Shown: positions 48,290-61,990 of the stretch, one piece after another
Numbering within the stretch: position 1 is the first letter of the stretch
Layout of the letters: each line of letters opens with the position of its first letter
NCBI GenBank assembly: GCA_950097015.1
Contig: CATNEN010000001.1
Coordinates: forward strand, 17,484,001 to 17,548,000
Direction: 5' to 3'
DNA from: Macrostomum hystrix
Lineage: Eukaryota; Animalia; Platyhelminthes
DNA length: 64,000 bases
Notes under the pieces: model-generated
What the model saw: the letters and a program-made list of their open reading frames with translations, nothing else
Database searches by the model: none
What the model was told of the DNA's origin: nothing
Translations under genes and position numbers: made by a program

Positions 48290-48830
48290 CTTGCCTTCCC
48301 TAAATCCTGCCAGCTATTAAATACCCTGCTGGCCTTTTCTATATCCTGCTAGCATTTTTGACCCTGTTGGCCTTCCACATACCCTGATAATGTTTCCTAT
48401 GCCCTAGCACCTATTCCTATGTCCTATTGGCCTTTCCTATACCCTGCTGGCACAATGAGTGCCTTATACCCTACTACTATTCCTTGATAGTCTTTCCCAC
48501 ACCCTGCTGGCCTTCCCCACACCCTGCTGGACTTCACCACACCTCGTGATGGCCTCTACTTCATTCTGCTGGTCATCCCTGCACCTTAATGGCCATTCCC
48601 ACACCCTGGTGGCCTTTCCCACACCCTGGTGGCCTTCCCCACACCCTGCTGGCCTTTCCCACACCCTGCTTGCCTTCACCACACATTGATGGCCATCCAC
48701 ACACCTTGATGACCTTTCCCAAACCCTGGTGGTCTTCCCCATACCCTGATGGCCTATCCCTGATACAGTTAGCCTTCTCAATCTGGCCATCCACTTACCC
48801 GATGGCCTTTTGCACACCTTGGTGCTCCAG
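48290..48830. repeat. Degenerate 20-bp tandem array (acaccctgctggccttcccc)
   Basis: Reverse complement of the 60380-61990 array. Confidence 0.85.
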
Positions 48831-49136
48831 GCGAATGTATGTATGCCACAACCTGGTCACTCACGGAAGCTTATTTTAATATATATTTCCATTATACTAC
48901 GGGTGTGTCATAAGAAATGTCACTGTGGTTGTTGTGCGGGAAACCAAAGCAATAATCATCCAAATATATTATATTCTGAAAGTAGTATGACTACTATAAG
49001 TACTTATTATAAGCTATTAGATTACTATAACAAGTAACCTAAGGAATTAGTCTAAAGGAAGACTTAGGACTTATCAATATAAGTCTCTAGATTTTTGCGC
49101 TATGTAAAAGCTGGTATTGGTTCTTTAAAATTTCAG

Positions 49137-51396
49137 ATGTCACGTTCTGCTAGAAGGCCTAGTGCTTGGAACGTATTTGAGCGAATTAATTACGATCCTA
49201 GTTTAAACGTTGTTGGTATGCATTTAATTCAGATTTAAATTTATTCAATCCACTCACTCAGATGCCACATTCAACATAAAATAGTTTAAGAAACAGTGTC
49301 ACTTTAGCTCTCAAATTTTTTAATGCTTATGAGATCTTTAAGCTCGAATGGTAATCCTAAATTTCAGATCAAGTCAGCGGCCTTCGCGAGCGCTATGCTT
49401 TGCTTGACAAGCAGGGGAAGGAAGCCTTGCGTGCCCAAGCCGCAGAACGCACAGATACCGCCTCTTTTCAGCGGAAGAAGCTGGTTAGCATGGCTAACAG
49501 CATCGTAAGCAATAAAGTTCGAATGCATGCATTCATGCACGTAGTATACTCCCTTAGGCAATTATGAACTTTGTTGCTAATCTCAATGTATGCCTTCACT
49601 ACAAGGTCGAGTCAGCCGATAATGCAGGCTACCACGTTATCGTGCTGCTGCATTCCAAAGCTGAAGGTGCCACTACCGTGTATGAATCGCAGGAAGTCGT
49701 AGGCTTCTGTGAGCGAGCGAATGTCGCCTCAGTAAGTATCTCGTAAAATCGCAGGTACTTGTTTACTGACAGTATTCAAATAAATTTTTAATCTTAGTTA
49801 TTAGGGTTTTATTATAGTTTTTGTTAAATACTCACAGTTTATCTAAAATCGAACATTTTTTTGGCTTTTCAATCGTGCGTGTCGTCTGCTTCTGCTTCTC
49901 GGCCTAAGACTGCGGCTACCTTGCGCATTGCTGTCAGCAATATGCTGCAGAACAAGTTTAGTAAGTACGGGCTGACAATCGCATGCCTGGGTCCTATTCG
50001 AAGCCACATCATCGTTTTTCCACTCGTATTAATTTCTGGTACTTTAACACGGACTCTCGTCCGTGTTAAAATGATTGCAAGGCTATGCTATGTTTGAGAA
50101 TTACGAATATTACATTAGATAATTGCAACAACTGAAATTCCGTTATATTAAGTTGCAAGTAAATCACGTACAAAATTATAAACATTGCTAGTTTCAATTA
50201 TGCTCATAAACACGCTTTTATTTCTACTTTTAGAAAGAGCAATTGGCAGACGGCAGTTGCAATTTGGAAAAGTTGCACTGTACGGTCGATGGATTCACTG
50301 GCCGGCCGGAGTTCGAAGTGATATTCACCCACAAAAGCTCTCAAAAACAGAGCTTCAAAAAGTCTGGGATGCCAGGGCCCAAATAAAATTTGAAAAAAAG
50401 ATCAGTGAAGTCACTTTCTACAGCGACTCACCACTTCAGCCGGGAACGAGCAGCGATCTACCTGTGCTGCCGGGAACGAGCAGCGACTCACCTGTGCTAC
50501 CGGGAACGAGCAGCGACTCACCTGTGCTACCGGGAACGAACAGCGACTCACCTGTGCTACCGGGAATGAGCAGGGACTCACATGCGTTAGTCCAAGTCGG
50601 TGGGACAGCTGTGCAACCGGTCAAAGTCGGCGGGACAGCTGTGCAACCGGTCAAAGTCGGTGGGACAGCTGTGCAACCGGTCAAAGTCGGCGGGACAGCT
50701 GTGCAACCGGTCAAAGTCGGCAGGACCGCTGTGCAACCGGTCAAAGTCGGCAGGACCGCTGTGCAACCGGTCAAAGTCGGCGGGACAGCTCCAGCTGTGC
50801 AACCGGTCAAAGTCGGCGGGACAGCTCCAGCTGTGCAACCGGTCAAAGTCGGTGGGACAGCTGTGCAACCGGTCAAAGTCGGCGGGACAGCTGTGCAACC
50901 GGTCAAAGTCGGCAGGACCGCTGTGCAACCGGTCAAAGTCGGCAGGACCGCTGTGCAACCGGTCAAAGTCGGCGGGACAGCTGTGCAACCGGTCAAAGTC
51001 GGCAGGACCGCTGTGCAACCGGTCAAAGTCGGCAGGACCGCTGTGCAACCGGTCAAAGTCGGCGGGACAGCTGTGCAACCGGTCAAAGTCGGTGGGACAG
51101 CTGTGCAACCGGTCAAAGTCGGCGGGACAGCTGTGCAACCGGTCAAAGTCGGTGGGACAGCTGTGCAACCGGTCAAAGTCGGTGGGACAGCTGTGCAACC
51201 GGTCAAAGTCGGCGGGACAGCTGTGCAACCGGTCAAAGTCGGCGGGACAGCTGTGCAACCGGTCAAAGTCGGCGGGACAGCTGTGCAACCGGTCAAAGTC
51301 AGCGGGACAGCTGTGCAACCGATCAAAGTCGGCAGGACCGCTGTGCAACCGGTCCAGAGTAGCAGCCAAGAAACAATAGTAGTGGTGGATTATTAA
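49137..51396 (+). CDS. KDZ accessory gene, spliced, HMG-box-like N-terminus and repeat tail
   Basis: Exons 49137-49215, 49368-49504, 49606-49731, ~49864-49960, 50233-51396 join in frame: RRPSAWNVF...LRERYALLDKQGKEALRAQA; exon-4 acceptor is non-canonical. Confidence 0.65.
50422..51355 (+). repeat. Two 30-bp coding minisatellites (SSDSPVLPGT)n and (AVQPVKVGGT)n
   Basis: About 5 and about 25 units. Confidence 0.95.
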
Positions 51397-51909
51397 ATGA
51401 GTAATGAATAAACAGTTTTTTTAAAGCTACGGAAATCGATTTTCTACGATTATGTAACTGTAATCATCCTAAAGACCTAAACCCTCAAAAAGGTTCTTGC
51501 GCAGTGAGACACTGCGCTCTGGTTGTTAGTTGATGCCTTCAGCGTACCATTCTTCACCTGGGTGTTTGCACCACGAAGCGAAATTACCAGCTTCTGGACC
51601 TAGAGAGCTGCCACCTCCAAATTCTGAGGGGACAGCTCTGGCGATGAGCAGTGTGATAAAGCTGTGGGACGGAACGCAGGTGTCTGCCTGCGCATTGTCC
51701 GAAGCTTTGTCATGGGCTAGCGCTGGTGGCATTATCAAGCCTCTTTTCCTTGATATCGACCTTCAGGTGGAGTAGGAGTTTACGGTGACCCCGCTTCTCA
51801 GGCAGCCACTCAATCAACAGCACTCCCAGCGAATCCAAAAGATGGCGCCCACCTGCTTCTTCATCTATGGTGTCGCCTTGTCCTTCAGTGGAGTGGGTTC
51901 AGCTGCGAA

Positions 51910-52485
51910 AATATCGACTTATCCCCTGTCACGACATAATAAACTCCTCTTGGCGGCATTGAATAATGTGAATCAGCTGCTGCGCCCTGTTGCGCTGCAT
52001 CAGTGAAGTAAGGAGTTTCTGCACACATCTAGCAAAAACCTTCGATATTTTCAACTGAGCCGTAGGATGGGCTGTGCAGCCATAACTGATGCCACAGGCC
52101 TCTGCTATCTCAGCAACAGTCACTCAACTGTCCTCGTGGACGACACTGAGTGGTGGAGATCCTAAGTCTCCGACTGCGAGCTTCACCATCGAAGTCACAT
52201 TTGCCTCCATGGAAATGGTGAATCTAAGGGACACAATTTGTCTGTTTGAGGCAAGCCCCATGCGCTGAAAAAAGGCAGTGAAAGAACTTTTTGATTGTCC
52301 CTCATAAGTCTAACCACGTATCTGTTAAGGATAATGATAACCTACGATTCAACGCTCCGTCCGGCATTTAAAATTTTATAAAGTATATCTATAGAACTTT
52401 TAACAGTAAAATTTTCGAATTTCGTAGCAGTGGTAAACAAACAATCAATTGAAAAGTTCAATGCAGCAAAATGATAAACCCCTCG
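51910..52485 (-). mobile_element. Mariner 5' fragment nested in the KDZ element
   Basis: TVAEIAEACGISYG..KVFARCVQKLL (WVPK-like); terminus cccctcg|ta at 52485. Confidence 0.75.
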
Positions 52486-54804
52486 TATAATCGATTCCTT
52501 ATGGAATCTCTTTTAGCTCAAGTGTTTGTTTCTGTTGGGATCACCGTACTTTCAGCCGGTAATTAAATTTCTGTGAATTATTTCACAGGAATCACAGCCC
52601 TTTACTGTTTTACAACCTAGTTGACCTACAGCTGTTTCTTTACTGCATGCAATTCACGCTATTTAGTGTTGCCATTTCAGCTTCCATTGCTTCTTTTGTC
52701 CACCTTCTCAAAGTTTTATACAGATACCTTTTAAAACATACTTTTCTAACATAAATTTGCATTTTATACAGCCATTTATGTTATTTTTCAAAGACTTTTA
52801 ATATAATGAAGTCCCCTCAAATAATAGTAACGTTGATGCTAGTAATTAGTAAAATATATTTAATTACAAAAGTAATATAAAAAATACTTTATCCTTTGCT
52901 ACTGTTATTTTTCATTGGAGCGATTTTGATATCGATCAGCGATTGGACGGTTCACTTGTTCGGACTTGTAATTATTTTTTTTAGTTTTCGAAACACGTGT
53001 TTGGGCTCTCGTTTTTGGAAACTTTAGGACCTCTGCAGGGCCAGCCAGTTGGCAAGCATTTAGGGGCTGCCGTGTTGGTGGCTCTACTGGTTGATCTCAA
53101 AGTCATAGCTGAATAAGTGACCGCTATCGGGTTGTCTATGACCTGGCACACCAATCAGCACCAGGGGCGTAGCCAGGATTTTCGGTTAGGTAGCGCAAAC
53201 GGCGCCAATTGTGTTTATAGGCGCTCAAGTGACGCCAAATCAGCGCCTATACGGCACCAAGTGGGTGCTGAAAAGGCACGAAAATCGGCGCTGAAAGTGC
53301 GCCAGCTGGAAGGAGAGCACCAAGCCTGCGTGAAGGGGGCGCTGCATACCTTTGCGGCAGTAGCTAATGTAAGAATCTGGCCCTCCACGCGTTACTATGA
53401 CTACTTAAATTCACTACAGTTTTTCATCATCATACGAACACGAAATGGAGAAATACGCATGTACATCTATGTATACAGCTTCAATATATTTGAGATGGAC
53501 AAGAAATCCTTCTCTGCGTTTTGCTAGCGGTGCAGCGGATTCCAGCGAATGGTCTGGACGTTGCGAACTCATCCAGAAACCTGTTCAGCCCACCTGATTT
53601 AGGGACGACCCCGCGGTGGGCCAGCCACCACACGCCTGCAGCAGTTACTCGTACATTAGGTTAGCACCTCTGTTGCTTAGTAGCTCCTGCCATAACGTCC
53701 CCAGCTAGTGTACAGGAGCATCGATCCGGATCCCTCGCCCCTGCTGTCTTCGCGGCAGCTCTCGCCTGGCGCCCTCGCAGCTTCCGCTACACACCCACCG
53801 ACAACTCTGGCCATTATCCTTTATAAAGCGGGTATAATTTTCTTTTAATTTCTCAATTTAACTCAACTCTATTTCTACCTAAGAGACAAATCAATCGGAC
53901 TCGGCAGTCGTAGTTTTCTTCCATATGGGTTCTCTTGAATGATTCGCTATAGAACGGGCCGGTAAAGACGGCTCGATCACAGTTCCGCTATCCTTACTTG
54001 TAAACTACAACACAGACTGTGCCTCTGCTCCAAAAATGGATGGCTTTTTGCGCGCTTACTTGCTTAGTATTCAGTTGGCCTCAGCTAATTGGGCTAATAA
54101 ACAAAAATAATTTATAGAAACGTAAAAACTGACACGCGTCAAACATATATGATTTAGTCGTACTAAAAAAGTCACACAACGTGCAAGTTACAAAAAGTGG
54201 CAAATCACATATGAATAAGCAATAACGCAGACAGGTGGGGTTCGCACTGCTAGCGCACTGACTAGTGGACGCTTAGGGTTAGAATGGCCATTGCAGGTTG
54301 AAAGAGAAAGAGTTGAAAGTTTTTTTAGGCAAGCGTTTGGGCAAATGGACTGTGCTGTCTATTATACGAGTTATATTATAAAAGCATGGCGGCGTCTTTA
54401 CAGGGTGCTGACTTTTATATAAGAACGAGCGGAATTCCTCCTGCGAAAGAAGTTAGGGGATCAAACTCCCATCGCCCGAATTTCATCTATCAAACTCTAG
54501 CAATTCGAAGAGAACTCTGAACTTTAAATTGGGTGAACTCAGAATGAGGACAGGACTTATTTAAGGACAGGGAGGTTGCTCTACATTGTAAGTACATTTG
54601 TCTCTCCGCCAATGCCGAGGTGCGAATTTTCAAAAAGTTAAATTTGAGCAGCCTGCTTGCAGATTTCGTGAATGGAATTTGGCACCCAGCCAACTCTGCC
54701 CCAGCCCAATGTAATTTACGCAATTCGATCAGTATTGAAAAAATCTGACCCCTCAATAGCAGCTTGACTCGCGGCACCCTCTGCACCCATACACTGAGGC
54801 CTGA

Positions 54805-55043
54805 GAGCCGGTTATTTTTGTTTCGCTCGATCTTCACTTTCAACATCCCGTTCCCGTTCCTTCCTATTGGCTCGTGACTGCCATAGACGAACTCGTTTTT
54901 TCCACTAGCATTATAGTCCACGATATTACTTTCAGAGGGGGACGAAAACGAGCTCGTCTATGGCAGTCACGAGCCAATAGGAAGGAACGGCCGGAAACGG
55001 GATGTTAAAAGTGAAGATCGAGCGAAACAAAAAGAACCGGCTC
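54805..55043. repeat. ~95-bp inverted repeat with ~45-bp spacer
   Basis: Arms 54805-54900 and 54945-55043. Confidence 0.9.
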
Positions 55044-56454
55044 AGATTGGCACTCCATTCTATTCTTTCCTCCATAGGCCTGAGGTTAGAATGTGAGTAC
55101 GGCCTCCTCCGCCCCGTCAATTTTGAGTACAGACCCCCGCTGGAGAAAATACACTAAATAGATCGTCGACAATTTCTGATGAAACCATTTGATTCTTCGT
55201 CTGGGAAGATGTGTGCTACTGAATACTACAGACACTTTCTTCTGCTTCTCTGAGGATCTTTGAATTCGAAATTTCTGAATTGCGTAAAATATCCTATATA
55301 GCCAAGTCGAAAAATTCCCTTTTACTACTAAAATTTATACGCTTAGTACTGCATGCAGTATACCCTCGTAAATGCAGGTAGTCAAAAACCTAATTAGCAC
55401 CAGTTCCATGCTAGTCCTCGACAGCAGTGTGAGCAGCAACATCTACACTGGCTATGGGCGTAGTACTCGGCGCGAATGATGTGAATATGTTCGATCGTAG
55501 CTCGTGTTTTGACAGTATCATTTGGGTTATTGAGCTATAGTAATTTAAAAGTATACTGAACGTAGAACGGTTTACTGTACAAGTGGCATGAGGGTAAATC
55601 TCTTTACCATTGTAAGAACTAGCAATTTAATACATGTATGAAATTATTAAGCTAGTCGCTCTTTGTCCTTCTCTCTCTATAAAGCTTTGAAATTCTCGAT
55701 AGCTGGTTTGACGAAGCAGTAAAAGCTACGTTTGTTGGTTTTTTTTTGGAGACTTGTACTGTTGTGGCGAAAAACGAATAAATAAATAACAATTGACACG
55801 TCGATTCCACATTTAAACACAGCTTGCACATAATAACTCGATTGGACCTGAGAGAAAGGTCAGACTTAGTGATCTTCGGTTTTAATAAAAATAATTGTCT
55901 CAGTAGTGATTAATGCAGGATGAGCAATTAGCAAAGTGCTTTAGAAATAGGAAAAAGCAGTACATCAAATCATTCGGCTTTATTTATTAACTGGGCACTG
56001 TGCCAGAAACCTATGCGCGGAATTCTCACGTAAAATCGATGAGGATTGGGGGGAAGCTGGGGAAGGGATGTTGAGGAAGAGCCAGAAAAAAATGAAACAT
56101 TCCACAGCTCAAATTATGATGGTAAAACGGGATACACTGTGGGGAGACGGGTCTGAAGGCGCATGGGGAAGCAGATGGGGAGTATGGGGAGATGGGATAG
56201 GAAGACGGCGCTCTCTCATTGGCCGAGAGACAGATGTCTTTGTGGCGGGATGTGCTGACGGCTTTCCGGAGATTATAGAGGTTGGGTCGTGCATAGCTTG
56301 GGAAAAATTAATGCTGAAATTCGTGGCTGAAAAGTTTTGTTTCAATTGTATTAACAATAAACAAAACAGCAAGCTGCTTCTCAGGAGAAATTTTGACAGC
56401 AGAAAATTGACAGAAAATTTGACAGCAGAAAATTCGCAAGCTTTGATGGAATCG

Positions 56455-59400
56455 TTAAGAAAACTCGGAGTCATCCTCACTGGCAGACAATAAAGCTTGC
56501 GAATTTTCCGATTCACTGTCATGAGAATCGCACGACTCAGAATCCGGTTGTGTCTCCGCCATTGCTCCAAACGGGAAAGCGGCTTCATGAGCATGGCGTA
56601 AGCGCAATATACCACTTAGCCGAAGAGATAATACCGCAGTGAGTGGGCTGTTGCTATCTCGGGCGGCTTGCAACTCTGAGGTCACGGTTAGAACGGCAGC
56701 AGAAAGAAAATTATAAACACGCTTTGCCTCTGAAGTCACCAGGCGCGACTCTTCCGAGCATCGAAGGTACAGATCGCGAAGTTTTACGGCTTGCACCTTG
56801 TGAGTTAGGACCTCGACACCGACAGTGCCTCCATTTATAAGCTGCTCGAAGCCAGAGGCGTCTGTCGAAATGAAGTCATTCCAATCAAGTAGGTCCCTTG
56901 GATTTTTGCTGTTAAACCTTGAACAGACTATCTTTGTCTTGCGGAGCAGCTTGTCTGTGGCTACTCGAAGTAGCCTGTTCATACGCTGACCACGCTCTGT
57001 TGCCGCATGTTCGAGTAGATACTGCCGCTCGCATGCAATGCCAAATAGTTTTCGGATAGTCTCAGACTTGGGCGAGGATGACTCACGCGCAGATAGCACA
57101 TTGATCAGCTCTTGCCTCCAATCGGCTGTCTCTTGAAGGAATTCTTCAAGAGTCACTAATGGAGATACAGCGGATATTTAATGTAATATATATATTATTA
57201 ATATTTAATGATGGGGTTGTAGCCTGGTGGTTAGAGCGTCGGACTCACAACTTGAAGGTCGACAATTTGAGTCCTTTAGCAAGACACTTAACTCTGCTTT
57301 GCTTCAGTTCACCCAGCTGTCAAAATGGGGAATGAGTCAGGACTCACTGTGCACATTGTGATGCGCTTGAAATGCAGCAAAGCCAGCTTCGAATTGTTGC
57401 ACTGCCTTCTTTTCGACTGTTCGGCGGTGACTCAGCCAGGTCGCTGAAAAAGAAAAACATGCCGCATTTTTCACGCGAAATTTTAGCAACTATATTTGTT
57501 ACGAGAACAATAAGGCCCAATAAGATATCAATTCAATATTCTATGGAGAAATATATAAATGCAAATAATTAATCAGCGGATATAACTTCCATACTTATAT
57601 TTATAATGCAGTGAAAATTCATGCTGTCGACAAGGTAATTGAGAAATTCGCGCCGATTGTCATGCGACATCTCTTTAACCTGAGGGCTGAAGCGTCGAAG
57701 ATCTGCCCAGATTCTCTCTACGCTTTCACCATCCGTCAAGCCAACGGAGGTAATAGAACGAATTCCATACGTCAGTTGACAGCGCAGAACGTGCCCGTAG
57801 GTATGAAACGCCGGTATCGCGAATGACAACCGAGTGTCGTTGAACCGACCAGCCAGTTTGCACCCAATATCGTATGACACGACAATGGGAACCATTGCAG
57901 GAACGTCCCCCAAAATTTTGGCAACCATTGCTGTGGCGTAGTTGAGCCTGGTGATTAAATTGATCAGAGTTTGAACTTAAAAAATTAAGCATACACTCCT
58001 TCATTCTCCGCACTTTTCTTGTTTACTCCGCCCAGTTTCTCTCGCTCTCGTTATCTCTGCTCGCTATTATTCTGTCAGTCTCCTTTCTAATTCGTAGACA
58101 GCTCACACCAACTGCTAGGAATTCCTTATTATCCAACCCACTAACTCTCTCTAGAGTTAGCAAACAAAATAAGTTACAAAGTAAAACAATAACCACTCTG
58201 CCACTACCCATTTCAAAAATGGGACTAATTAGTCCTGCAACAAAGTTCTTTTACAATCAACTAGTTACCGTTCGCCTGCAGTAGTAACGTCGGACAGGTA
58301 GCGTATAGCAGAGTGTCTGCAGGAACCAGCAAAGGCCCCAAACACGTCTAGCTTGCCCCGGTCTGCAGCAGTCGTTAGAGTTTGACCTCTTCCACCCGCT
58401 CTCCAGTTCGCACAGTGTCCTGCAGAGGGATTGTGATCATCAGTAAGGTCAACGTCAACGAAAAAGCCTGTTGGAGTTGGTAAAGCAGCTCTGCCTGCAG
58501 TTCGGCGATGGCGGAGACCGAAGCAGGCGTCCATCATCAGGAAAATTGGACTGCTCTTTTCGGCATCAGAGTCCGAATCAACCTACAGAAGTTACATGAC
58601 ATTTTAATAAAAGCCAATCAGTGTATTGCAATGAGAGAGCATGGTTATACTCGTACATATATGAAAGGAAGATCTTTTACCACATAGCATGCTGGACATG
58701 ATGGCTTTCTTCCCCAACGAAAGCTCTGCAGCACACGGCGGAAAGACCGGAACGCCCCAGTTACGTTGAGCGCTCTAAATAGATCGATCTAAAAATTTAA
58801 TGTATGAGAATGGCTGATTGTTAAGACACACCTATTACAAAATAATAGCAAGTTGGGCCAGTCTGATGAAAACTTGCTGATGTGGATGACTGCGCCCACA
58901 TAGACTTCTTGGAGCGCCTAATAGCACTGCAAATCGAAGACAACGATGCTGTGCAGTTGCAATTCAGCGAATCAATTAGAAGAAGCAGTTCAATAGACAC
59001 GGCAGTCAGTTCCCGAGAGCCCTCTGGTCGAGGCTGCAAGGGCCAAAATCCATGTGCCAGAAGAGCTGCGTGGTACGTAGTACATGTACACATCTCAAGA
59101 TTTGCTTTTAGTTCGCTTCCTGAAATGAGGTAGTGAGTACTGATACTGATTGAGTAAAGTCTTGCTAGAATATCAGTGTCCCCTAAATATGACGTTTGTT
59201 TTTGTAGCAATCGGCGTCATATTGCAGCTCAGAACATTCACGTGACTTGTTATTTTAAGAAGCTAAGTAACAAAGTAAGCTACTGCAAACAGAAAAAATG
59301 CAGAATTCAGCCGAGAATCACCATCTTCAGTCACAATAGTGACCGGAAGTACGCTGTAGAGAAGACAGCTGCACAGCCGAGAAAGCCGCACTTGTGATGA

Positions 59401-60117
59401 AACGGCCTCAAAGAAGTCACCCTGACGAGCGGGTAAAAAAGAGCACTGTCGCTAGAAATCATATATAAGAAAATACCCAATTCATGTAAAAATGCATTCA
59501 ATACAATATATAATATATAAATCATAATACAATATAAACAACATAATTATAAACCAGATCTGCATAGTATCGAACTTACATTCCAGCGTTGAACAGCATG
59601 GGGCGGCATATGGGCATGGCGGGCATCTAAGCAAGTGGAGCAGACCGATAGTAAGTGACACTTGAGGCACCGGAATATTTCAGTCTCGCAACCGCAAAAG
59701 ACACATGGGCGCTTGTTGTAGTGACCCGCTAAACCGACTGTCAAGACCCCTGACTGAAATAACTCATTCCAAGCGTCGTTTTCTTCGCTGCAAAAGGTCT
59801 TAAAACGGCTTGGCTTTGCGGACTTCGATTGAGCACGATCGTCATGAGTCTCGACTTCTTCAGCAACGATAGGGTCGTCTTGGATGTCCAACCATTCTTC
59901 TTCTTCTGGGTCGTTGTTGTATACAGGCTGGGTGTCACTGCATAGAAAGAAAGAGTAGTCAAGAAAAGTTGTGAATCATTTGAATTTTGAACCATTATAC
60001 TCACGGGATGCAACACTTCGATGTCAACGGAGTTCGAACGATACGTGCTCGCTTACGACACGCAGGAGTACAATACTTTACTGACGTCTTGGCAATAGAC
60101 TGCTTTCGTCTTCCCAT
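56455..60117 (-). CDS. Multi-exon CxC3-like + KDZ transposase
   Basis: CVFC..RCLKC..C..C...H...P.H, CTC..LLAHGFWP, CPAC, MDACFGL, LDVFGAFAGSCRH, GER, YDIGC, IPAFHTYGH..CQ, GLTDGESVERIW; about 9 exons. Confidence 0.92.
57212..57340 (+). mobile_element. tRNA-derived CORE-type SINE in a KDZ transposase intron
   Basis: A-box gtagcctggtggttagagc, decayed B-box, then gcaagacacttaac..cttcagttcacccagctgtcaaaatggg. Confidence 0.75.
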
Positions 60118-60379
60118 GTAGCTGAAATCAGATAAGCAAATAGTGTCGGATAATCGGATAAATATTTGATGATTACTAATTTTCAAAGACAATAAAAGAA
60201 TCAAAACAAAACGTATCCATAAAGCAGGTCGAAGCGAAGATTGCTTTAACAAAATAAAAGATAAGCGTCCAAGACTCACCCGGGTGTAGTCTGTTGCCTC
60301 GAGAAACGGGTATGTAAAGAAGAGAATCAGAAGGCAGGAAGGCACCAAAGTGAAAGAAAAGGCAGTAGAATTTGGAAAA

Positions 60380-61990
60380 GGCTAGCGTTGTGAGGGGAAG
60401 GCCAGCGTAGTGTGGGAAAGGCCAGCGTAGTGTGGGGAAGGCCATTAGGATGTGGCAGCAGGGTGTGGGGAAGGCCATCTGGGTGTGGGAAAGGCCAAAG
60501 AGGTGTGGGAAAGGCCACAGAGGTGTGGGAAAGGCCACAGAGGTGTGGGAAAGGCCACAGAGGTGTGGGAAAGGCCAGCGTAGTATGGGGAAGGCCAGCG
60601 CAGTGTGGGAAGGCCAGCGTAGTATGGGAAAGGCCATTAGGATGTGGCAGCAGGGTGTGGGGAAGGCCACCTGGGTGTGGGAAAGGCCATCAATATGGGG
60701 AAGCCCACATAGGAATGAATAAGGTCAGTAGGGTGTTGTGAAGGCCAAAAATGTGTGGGAAAGGCCACAGAGGTGTGGGAAAGGCCAGCGTAGTGTGGCG
60801 AAGGCCAGCGTTGGGTAAGGAAGGCCAGCGTAGTGTGGGGAAGGGCAGCGTAGTGTGGCGAAGGCCAGCGTTGGGTAAGGAAGGCCAGCGTAATGTGGGG
60901 AAGGCCATTAGTATGTGGCAGCAGGGTGTGGGAAGGCCACCTGGGTGTGGGAAAGGCCATCAATATGGGGAAGCCCACATAGGAATGAAGAAGGCCAGTA
61001 GGGTGTTGTGAAAGCCAAAAATGTGTTGGAAAGGCCACCTGGGTATGGGAAATGCCACAGAGGTGTGGGAAAGGCCATCAAGGTATGGGGAAGGCCACAT
61101 AGGAGTGGAGAAAGCCACATAGGAGTTAAAAGGCTAGTAGGGTGTTGTAAAGGCCATTAAGGTGTGGGGAAGGCCATAAAAGTGTAGGAAAATCCATCCA
61201 GGTGGGGAAGGACACAAAGGAGTAGAGAAGGCCAATAGGGCATGGTGAAGGCCAGTAGGGTATGGTGAAGGCCAGTAAGGTATGGTGAAGGCCAGTAGGG
61301 TATGGTGAAGGCCAGTAGGGTATGGTGAAGGCCAGTAGGGTATGTTGAAGGCCAGTAGGGTATGGTAAAGGCCAGTAGGGTATGGTGAAGGCCAGTAGGG
61401 TATGGTGAAGGCCAGTAGGGTATGGTGAAGGCCAGTAGGGTATGGTGAAGGCCAGTAGGGTATGAAGGCCAGTAGGGTATGTTGAAGGCCAGTAGGGTAT
61501 AGTGAAGGCTAGTAGGGTATGGTGAAGGCCAGTAGGGTATGGTGAAGGCCAGTAGGGTATGGTGAAGGCCAGTAAGGTATGGTGAAGGCCAGTAGGGTAT
61601 GGTGAAGGCCAGTAGGGTATGGTGAAGGCCAGTAGGGTATGGTGAAGGCCAGTAGGGTATGGTGAAGGCCAGTAGGGTATGGTGAAGGCCAGTAGGGTAT
61701 GGTGAAGGCCAGTAGGGTATGGTGAAGGCCAGTAGGGTATGGTGAAGGCCAGTAGGGTATGGTGAAGGCCAGTAGGGTATGGTGAAGGCCAGTAGGGTAT
61801 GGTGAAGGCCAGTAGGGTATGGTGAAGGCCAGTAGGGTATGGTGAAGGCCAGTAGGGTATGGTGAAGGCCAGTAGGGTATGGTGAAGGCCAGTAGGGTAT
61901 GGTGAATGCCAGTAGGGTATGGTGAAGGCCAGTAGGGTATGGTGAAGGCCAGTAGGGTATGGGGAAGGCCATCAAAGTGTGGCAAAAGCC
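60380..61990. repeat. 20-bp tandem array (ggtgaaggccagtagggtat)n
   Basis: Homogeneous at 61240-61970, degenerate at 60380-61240. Confidence 0.97.

Noticed and set aside
50436-51379. Overlapping ORFs in alternative frames and strands
   Set aside because: Products of the 30-bp minisatellite; only the spliced + frame has support
29494-52485. One giant mariner bounded by CGAGGGGT / ACCCCTCG
   Set aside because: Ends match for only about 8 bp, both look like 5' ends, and the right one lies inside the KDZ element
57212-57285. tRNA gene
   Set aside because: Broken T-arm/acceptor stem and continuation into a CORE-like body indicate a SINE
60380-61990. CRISPR-like periodicity and long ORFs
   Set aside because: Head-to-tail 20-mers with no unique spacers; ORFs are artefacts of stop-free repeats
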